Source: Armatimonadota bacterium (GTDB lineage Bacteria > Armatimonadota > SYMT01). Taken from it: a stretch of DNA of 64,000 nt. The DNA is taken from contig JBKBRF010000019.1 of the NCBI GenBank assembly GCA_046292385.1, forward strand, positions 53,249-117,248. The letters are read 5' to 3'. The position numbers and the translations under genes were made by a program. Each line of letters begins with the position of its first letter. The first letter of the stretch is position 1. Positions 57,864-64,000 of the stretch are shown here, piece after piece. A model generated the notes under the pieces. That model saw only the letters and a list, made by a program, of their open reading frames with translations. It searched no databases and had not been told where the DNA came from.

Positions 57864-58811
57864 ATGCATTCACTCCACCCGTTTAGCCGGCGCCGGCTGC
57901 TCGCTCTCGGCGCGGGGGCGGCGCTCACCGCCGCCGCGCGCGCTGCATCCGCGAAGGAGCTGCCGCCGACCGATTTCCAGATCGGCTGCATGACCTACGT
58001 CTACCGCGACTTCCCCCTCCAGCGGGCGCTGGAAGGCATCGCGCGCTCCGGCTACCGCTACGTGGCGTGGGGGACGGAGCACCAGGAAGAGCCGGGGCGG
58101 CGCGTGCCGGTGATCGCGAAGGACGCTCCGGCGGAGGCGGCCCGGCGGCTGGCGGCGCGCTGCCGCGGCCTGGGGCTGGAGCCGGTGATGATGTTCTCCA
58201 TGGTCTACCCGGAGCACCGGGACGCGGTGGAGGTCTTCAAGCGGCGGATCGAGCAGGCGCACGCGGCGGGGATGCCGCAGGTGCTCACGTTCGGGCACAC
58301 GGAGAACGGGGCTCGTCCCGTGTGGATGGAGCGCTTCCGGACCCTGGCGCCGATCGCCCAGGAAGCGGGCGTCACGCTGGTGATCAAGCAGCACGGCGGC
58401 GAGACCGGCACCGGCGAGGCGTGCGCACGGATCACCCGGGAGCTGGCGCACCCGCACGTGAAGGTGAACTTCGACGCGGGAAACGTGATGGACTACCTCG
58501 ACGTCGACCCGATCCCCGACCTCCGCCGCTGCGCGGACGAAGTCCGGAGCTTCTGCATCAAAGACCACCGCAACTTCCCCAAGGACCAGGACTGCGGCCC
58601 CGGCTTCGGCGAGATCGACCACTACCGGCTGCTCGCGGCGGTCGCCCACACCGGGCGGAAGCTGCCGCTCTGCTGCGAGAACATCTCCGCGCCGCTGCTG
58701 CCCCCGGCGCGCACGCCGGAAGAGGTCGACGCGCTGGCGCGGAGGGCCCGCGAGTTTCTGGAGCTGGTGACCCGCGGCCTTCACGCGGCCGGACCACTGG
58801 AGCCGCAGTGA
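57864..58811 (+). CDS. Tat-exported sugar phosphate isomerase/epimerase-like TIM barrel
   Basis: SRRRLL Tat motif; KQHGG, NFDAGN, IKDH, GFGEID, CCEN. Confidence 0.82.
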   Translation: MHSLHPFSRRRLLALGAGAALTAAARAASAKELPPTDFQIGCMTYVYRDFPLQRALEGIARSGYRYVAWGTEHQEEPGRRVPVIAKDAPAEAARRLAARCRGLGLEPVMMFSMVYPEHRDAVEVFKRRIEQAHAAGMPQVLTFGHTENGARPVWMERFRTLAPIAQEAGVTLVIKQHGGETGTGEACARITRELAHPHVKVNFDAGNVMDYLDVDPIPDLRRCADEVRSFCIKDHRNFPKDQDCGPGFGEIDHYRLLAAVAHTGRKLPLCCENISAPLLPPARTPEEVDALARRAREFLELVTRGLHAAGPLEPQ

Positions 58812-59590
58812 TGCCGCGGATCTTACTGGAGACGATCGTCACCTCGCTCGACGACGCCCGCGCCGCGGCGGCGGGGAGCGCGGACCGGTTCGAGCTCTGC
58901 AGCGCGATGCCGCTGGGGGGCCTCACGCCGACCCTGGGGACTCTCGGCGCGATCAAGGCCGAGCTCGACGTACCGGTGATGTGTATGATCCGCCCCCGCG
59001 AAGGCGGGATGGCCTACAGCGAGGGCGAGCTCGCCGCGATGGAGCGGGACCTGGAGCACGCGCTGGCCGCCGGCGCGGACGGCATCGTCTTCGGCATCCT
59101 GACCGAGGCGGCGCAGGTCGACCTGCCTCGCTGCCGGCGCTTCCTGGCCCGGGTGGAGCGGGCGGCGGGCGGGCGAGCGGTCCAGACCGTCTTCCACCGC
59201 GCGTTCGACATCACCGCGGACCCTGCCCGCGCGCTGGAGGAGCTGATCGATCTCGGCGTCACCCGTGTGCTCACCTCCGGCCGCGCGCCCGATGCGATCG
59301 ACGGGCTGGACGAGATCCGCTGCACCGTCGAACAGGCCGCCGGCCGGATCCAGGTGCTCCCCGGCGGCGGCATCCGCCTGGACAACGTGGCGGAGGTGGT
59401 CCGCCGCACCGGCGTGGACCAGGTCCACCTCTACGTGACGCGTGACCGGGAGGACCGGTCCGCGCTGGCGAATCCGCGCATCCGGTTCGGGATGGACGCG
59501 CCCCCGGACGAAGTGCGGCTCCGCCTGGCCGACGAAGCGGCGATCCGCGCGCTCCGGGCCCGGCTGGACGTCCTCGGGGACAACGCCTGA
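58811..59590 (+). CDS. cutC: Copper homeostasis protein CutC family
   Basis: DRFELCS..LGGLTP, MIRPREG, DGIVFG, FHRAFD, RVLTSG, PGGGI. Confidence 0.93.
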   Translation: MPRILLETIVTSLDDARAAAAGSADRFELCSAMPLGGLTPTLGTLGAIKAELDVPVMCMIRPREGGMAYSEGELAAMERDLEHALAAGADGIVFGILTEAAQVDLPRCRRFLARVERAAGGRAVQTVFHRAFDITADPARALEELIDLGVTRVLTSGRAPDAIDGLDEIRCTVEQAAGRIQVLPGGGIRLDNVAEVVRRTGVDQVHLYVTRDREDRSALANPRIRFGMDAPPDEVRLRLADEAAIRALRARLDVLGDNA

Positions 59591-59788
59591 CAGGCAACTG
59601 CAGGGTCGCAAATGGTGGAACATTCCCACCTAAGAAAAGTCTAATTCTGGAATACCCTTGCAGCCGCCCTTGCCCTCGGCGGCGCACCAGGCGACCGGAG
59701 GCAGGACGGGATGGCCCACCGGTTCAAGCGGATCGGATTGGATCTGCTCGCCGTTCCGGTGCGCCTCGGATCGGCTGCACGCTGTCTG

Positions 59789-59876
59789 TTGCAAGTTAGC
59801 AAGTCCGCAGGTTACCGCCTACCGCCCGGATAAGTGAGGTTCGGCGCCTGCCAACCGGCAGCCTGTCAACCTGGCA
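59789..59876. repeat. Degenerate heptamer-repeat palindrome (GCAAGTT/GCAGGTT ... CCTGCCAA/AACCTG)
   Basis: ttgcaagttagcaagtccgcaggtta ... cctgccaaccggcagcctgtcaacctggca. Confidence 0.55.
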
Positions 59877-60177
59877 GCGTAGGCGGCGCCCCATCCAACC
59901 CACGAGAGGCCGCTGGAGACACTACCAGCGTTTGAGCGTGGGGAGGCCGGGCAATCTCTGGACACATAGAGCCGATCCAGAGAGGCTCGGTTGCCAGCGA
60001 AGCCGAGCAAGAGGCGGGCAGGCTAGGAGGGAGCAGGGGTGCGGCCTCGAAGCATGGCCGGACCCCTGCTCCGGACGACGCATGGTCGCCTCGCAGCCGG
60101 CTGCAGCCAAGCAGGCCTGTTCGGATCGGCTCATAGGCAGCAGTGGCTCCGGCGGAGCCGAAGGAATGGAGCGGTAA

Positions 60178-60705
60178 GTGGAATACCTGGTCCTCACCGC
60201 GGTCGGCACCGACCGACCCGGCATCGTAGCGGAGCTGACGGAGCTGCTCGCCTCTCGCGGCGCCAGCGTGGCGGACAGCCGCATGGCGCTGCTGGGTGGG
60301 GAGTTTGCGGTGATGATGCTGCTCTCCGTCCCCGCGGACGGCGGGCAGTCGCTGCGGGAAGAGGTTTCCCGGGCCGGAGAGACACTGGGGCTCCAGACGG
60401 TCCTGAAGGAGACGCGCAGTCCCGCCGCGCACCGGGCGGGCAACGTCCGCTCCTACGAGATCCAGGTCCACGCGCTCGACCACCCGGGCATCGTCCACGC
60501 CTTCACCACGGCGGTCCGCGGGCTCGGCGGCAACGTGGTGAGCCTGGACACCAGCGCCTACCAGGCGGCGGTCACCGGCGCGCCGCTCTTCCGGATGTCG
60601 CTCGCCGCCGATTTCCCGCCGGAAGTCACCGCCGGCCGCCTGCGCGAGCGGCTGGAAGAGGTCTCCGACGCCGCCAACGCGGACGTCGACGTGCGGCCGC
60701 TCTGA
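60178..60705 (+). CDS. Tandem ACT-domain protein (GcvR-like)
   Basis: LTAVGTDRPGIV, DSRMALLGGEFA, ALDHPGIV. Confidence 0.88.
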   Translation: MEYLVLTAVGTDRPGIVAELTELLASRGASVADSRMALLGGEFAVMMLLSVPADGGQSLREEVSRAGETLGLQTVLKETRSPAAHRAGNVRSYEIQVHALDHPGIVHAFTTAVRGLGGNVVSLDTSAYQAAVTGAPLFRMSLAADFPPEVTAGRLRERLEEVSDAANADVDVRPL

Positions 60706-60830
60706 AGCTCGGACAGGATCGTGAGCTCACTCTCGCCTGGAGCTACCCCGGCGAGTCGATATAGCAGCTGGGAGATACGGGCTGGCGGCGGCAGCACCGC
60801 CGGACGGCCCCAAACGCAGGAGGTGCAGCG

Positions 60831-63458
60831 ATGCCGCCTTCGCTCCGCCTGCTGGGCGCGCTCTGCGGCAGCGCCCTCGCGCTCGTCTCCGTCGGCGCGC
60901 GCGCAGACGACTGGAGCCAGTACCGGAAGGACTCCTGGAGGACCGGACTCAGCTCCGATCCAATCCGGGCGCCGCTGGCCGAAATCTGGTCCCACCTCCT
61001 GATCAATCCCGACACCAAGATCATCGGCCCCAAGACGCCGGCGCTGATGCTGTCGGCGGTCGCGCTCTGGAAAGGGCGAGCGTTCTTCACCGTTTCGAGG
61101 CCGGGACAGTACTCGCTCCACTGCCTGGACCAGCGCACCGGGCGTACGGTCTGGAAGCAGGCGTTGAACCCCACGTCCGACAGTTACCTGGCCCCTTCGG
61201 TGACCGCGTCCGGGACGGTGTACGTCTACAGCTCGCGGGTGCGGACCTCGCAAGTGGTGGTGCGGGATGACGAGGGGATCCCGCGGGTGGTGACTCAGCG
61301 CACGCCCCAGTTCGGCGCCGCCGCCTACTCCGCCGTGACCGGCCATCCCGTCGGCTTCTTGCCGTACGACGTTCAAACCGACGTGGAGGGGAGCCTCCTC
61401 ACGCGGCTGGGCCTCACGCATACCCCCCGGGGAGAACACCTGTACCACGAGCCGCTGCAGGTGAGCGAAGGCGATCCGTACGTGATGCTGTTCGGAGGGG
61501 ACTGCCCGTTACTACTGGGCGATCAACTCCTCACCTTTACGCTCGAGGGGAACTGCGCACACATCTTCACTCGTCTCGTCCCACCCGGCCGGGCGCAGCA
61601 TCTCTGGATCGAGCACCTTCGTCACGATCACCCGGTCCCCGGTCACAATCTCCCCCAGATCCGCCTCCCGATGGCGAGTGCCGGGACGGACGTGGTGATT
61701 GGCAGTAACGGACCTCAGCCGTTTCTGATGATGCTCGACCCGAGTGGTGAGATCGGCCGCTACACCCGCTGGCACCGGGACTTCCTGCATACCCTCGGCA
61801 CGCCGGTCGTTTCCAACGGGATGGTCTACGTAGGCGCAGGGGGGATCCAGGCGTCATCGGCCATTTTCGCTCTTGACGCGCACACCGGCGCGACGCGCTG
61901 GACCCACGCGCCCTCCGGATCGCCGCGAGACAAGTTCGCGGCCAAGTACATCTCGAAGGACTTCGAGAACTGCCGCTGCAGGAACGTGCCGCCGCGGGTT
62001 GAGATCGATTACGAGATGAAGCCGTTGGAGACCTATCCGGGCCTGGTGGTCTCCGGCCAGCACGTCTACGGCGTGGTGAACCGCGGCATCGTGGCGCTCG
62101 ACGCCGGCACCGGAAGACAGCTCTGGCGCTTTCCACTCGGGCTGCTGCACACCGTGACGTCGCTGGCCGGCTCGCCGGACTATCTCTTCGCCAGCATTGC
62201 CGCCAACACGCCGGACCCGCACGACGCGCCGGGTCTGCTGCTCGCCCTGCGCCGGGAAGACGGCAAGCCGGTCTGGCTGGAGCCGGGACCGGAGCCGGGC
62301 GAGCTGGCGCTCTCCAACGGCATGCTCTTCCTCACCAACGGGAACGGCATTCACGCCTACGGTCCGGCGGAGCGGGTCTATCGGGTAGCGGTCGACAGCA
62401 GCAACCCCGCCGAGTACCGGCGCGACCCGCAGCCGAACGACGCGGAGAGTCCGGCCGGCGAGGAGCCACCGGCGCCGGAGATTGCCCTGCCGCCGGAGGC
62501 CGGCGGCGCGGACGTGAAGGGCGAACAACCGGCCGCCGCTCCGGCCACGCCGCCGCTCGCCGACGCCACCGTGCTGCGGCTGCGGTGGGGGAGCGGCCTG
62601 GAGCCGATGCTGGCGGCGGTGCGCGAGCGCTCGAAGACCGCCGCGGGAGTCCCCCTGCTCCTCAGCCTCGACTGGCTCAGTCCCACCCGGGAGGCGCTCT
62701 CCACCGGCGAGGCGCGCCTGCGGCCGGAGCTGGAGGAGCGCCTGGTGGAGACCGCCGCCCGCCTGGCGGCCGAGAGCCGCGCCGCCTACTTCGAGATCGC
62801 ACCCGAAATCAATGCCTACCTGATGCGCGCGCCGGGCGAGCTGGAGCGAGTGCGGGAGCTGCTCCGCAACCTCGCCGCCGCGGTGCGGGAGGCGTCTCCG
62901 GAGACCAGGGTCGTCGTGTCGCTCAACGCCGAAGTGCTGCTCGGGCGCTACGGCCGAGGGGTGGTGCACCTGTTCGGAAAGCCGGTGCTGGTCCGGCCGC
63001 AGGACTCGGCCGGGGCGATCTCGCTGCTGGAGGTGGCGGACGTGGCCGGGTTGACCACGCACCCGCAGTCGCTCTTCACCACCATCGGCAACCTCCCGAA
63101 CACCTACTTGATGGAAGTGCGCGCGCTGCTGCCGGACAAGCCGCTGGTGGTGACGCGCCTGGGAGTGCACTGCGACGACGCGCCGATCACGGGCGAGCGC
63201 AGTCAATATCGCTATCTGCACCGGATCCTGCAGGCGCTCTACTGGCTGCAGCCGGAGCTGATCGCCTATCCCGATCTCGACAGCAGCCGGGGCGCGGCCG
63301 ACCTGGCGCTCCGCAAGGAGGGGAAGGCGCGCAGCGGCCTGGCGCTCTGGCAGGCGGTGGCGTCCTGGCCGCGGGTGAAGAAGCTCTCGCTGCTCGGCCG
63401 GGGTCCCGCCGTGGTCTTCCCCGACGATCCGGAGCCGGAGGAAGAGCAGCCCGAATGA
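60831..63458 (+). CDS. Secreted PQQ-like (BamB-type) beta-propeller with C-terminal glycoside-hydrolase-like domain
   Basis: Signal peptide; DWSQYRKD..RTG; ALDAHTGATRW, ALDAGTGRQLW repeats; Pro/Ala linker; alpha/beta C-terminal domain. Confidence 0.75.
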   Translation: MPPSLRLLGALCGSALALVSVGARADDWSQYRKDSWRTGLSSDPIRAPLAEIWSHLLINPDTKIIGPKTPALMLSAVALWKGRAFFTVSRPGQYSLHCLDQRTGRTVWKQALNPTSDSYLAPSVTASGTVYVYSSRVRTSQVVVRDDEGIPRVVTQRTPQFGAAAYSAVTGHPVGFLPYDVQTDVEGSLLTRLGLTHTPRGEHLYHEPLQVSEGDPYVMLFGGDCPLLLGDQLLTFTLEGNCAHIFTRLVPPGRAQHLWIEHLRHDHPVPGHNLPQIRLPMASAGTDVVIGSNGPQPFLMMLDPSGEIGRYTRWHRDFLHTLGTPVVSNGMVYVGAGGIQASSAIFALDAHTGATRWTHAPSGSPRDKFAAKYISKDFENCRCRNVPPRVEIDYEMKPLETYPGLVVSGQHVYGVVNRGIVALDAGTGRQLWRFPLGLLHTVTSLAGSPDYLFASIAANTPDPHDAPGLLLALRREDGKPVWLEPGPEPGELALSNGMLFLTNGNGIHAYGPAERVYRVAVDSSNPAEYRRDPQPNDAESPAGEEPPAPEIALPPEAGGADVKGEQPAAAPATPPLADATVLRLRWGSGLEPMLAAVRERSKTAAGVPLLLSLDWLSPTREALSTGEARLRPELEERLVETAARLAAESRAAYFEIAPEINAYLMRAPGELERVRELLRNLAAAVREASPETRVVVSLNAEVLLGRYGRGVVHLFGKPVLVRPQDSAGAISLLEVADVAGLTTHPQSLFTTIGNLPNTYLMEVRALLPDKPLVVTRLGVHCDDAPITGERSQYRYLHRILQALYWLQPELIAYPDLDSSRGAADLALRKEGKARSGLALWQAVASWPRVKKLSLLGRGPAVVFPDDPEPEEEQPE

Positions 63459-63511
63459 CGCCAGTTCAGCGGAACGCCGCGCGGTGAGGTGAAGCAGCTG
63501 ACCCGCTGCCG

Positions 63512-63940
63512 TTAGCGGCGGGCCGCCGCCTGCGCTGCCGCGACGGTGGTCAGCGCGCGGGCCCGCGACTCGGCGATCTCGATCTGGCGGGCGAGCTGCA
63601 GCGCACGCTCGAGGCGGCCCGCCGCCGCCAGCGCGGAGACGAGACTCTCCCTCTGCGCAGACCGGCCATGCAGCTCGGTCAGCATCCGGGCAGCGGCCTC
63701 GGCTTCGTCGAAGTCGCCCGCCCCGGCCAGGCCGGAGATGAGACTGCCCACCGGGTCTGGGATCGCCCGGAATCCCTGCACCTCATCCCAGTTCACCTGC
63801 TGCAGGGCCTTCGCGGCCGCCCGCAGCGCTTCCACCGCCTCCCGCTTGCTTTCCGCTTTGAACCACCCGCTGCCGATGAGCGTTAGCCCAAGTTCCGCAG
63901 TTTGTAAGAAAGATTCAGCCTCGCGGTGGCTGCGAAGCAT
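63512..63940 (-). CDS. Helical-repeat hypothetical protein (start uncertain; may continue beyond window)
   Basis: LAGAGDFDEAEAAAR / LAAAGRLERALQLAR repeat; ATG 63940 overlaps a TGA of another frame. Confidence 0.55.
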   Translation of the reverse strand: MLRSHREAESFLQTAELGLTLIGSGWFKAESKREAVEALRAAAKALQQVNWDEVQGFRAIPDPVGSLISGLAGAGDFDEAEAAARMLTELHGRSAQRESLVSALAAAGRLERALQLARQIEIAESRARALTTVAAAQAAARR

Positions 63941-64000
63941 CAAGCGAGGCTGAATCTTTCCACTACACTTCGTACATCGGCATGGTTTCTGGCAGGTGCA

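Overview
High-GC bacterial chromosomal window, gene-dense, with no rRNA, tRNA, CRISPR array or recognisable transposase/integrase. The N-methyl-pilin style ([30 protein letters not shown]...H-X9-DG), together with a ClpC and Kdo genes, suggests Armatimonadota or a similar lineage; this is inference only. Left to right: a partial MoeA-PBP fusion, an SIS sugar isomerase and an M20 peptidase; a ~14 kb surface-glycan locus (four paralogous DUF4915/TIGR03032-like beta-propellers, a PAPS sulfotransferase, 3 GT2, 2 GT4, an RfaE-domain-II nucleotidyltransferase, kdsB-kdsA-kdsD); then ilvE and clpC. A ~21 kb block between clpC and radA is built almost entirely from repeated envelope modules: 5 CRTAC1/ASPIC-UnbV (FG-GAP) proteins, 6 membrane-anchored TPR proteins, 2 paralogous DUF1559/H-X9-DG prepilins, 1 pilin-like protein without the cleavage motif, 2 divergent tiny Gly-rich lipoproteins and a 7-CxxCH cytochrome c. 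After radA come an ECF sigma/anti-sigma/ECF sigma triplet, a TolB-like protein, rtcA, TIM-barrel isomerases, a 1472-aa SpoIVB(S55)-propeller fusion, a PRC-barrel protein, cutC, an ACT-domain protein and a PQQ-propeller fused to an apparently degenerate glycoside-hydrolase-like domain. Intergenic DNA carries several families of short-tandem-repeat palindromes and REP-like hairpins. The best candidates for undescribed systems are the pilin/TPR/CRTAC1/multiheme block and the four-propeller + sulfotransferase locus, whose conserved His motifs recall aryl-sulfate sulfotransferases. All family calls come from motif recognition by eye; no searches were run.
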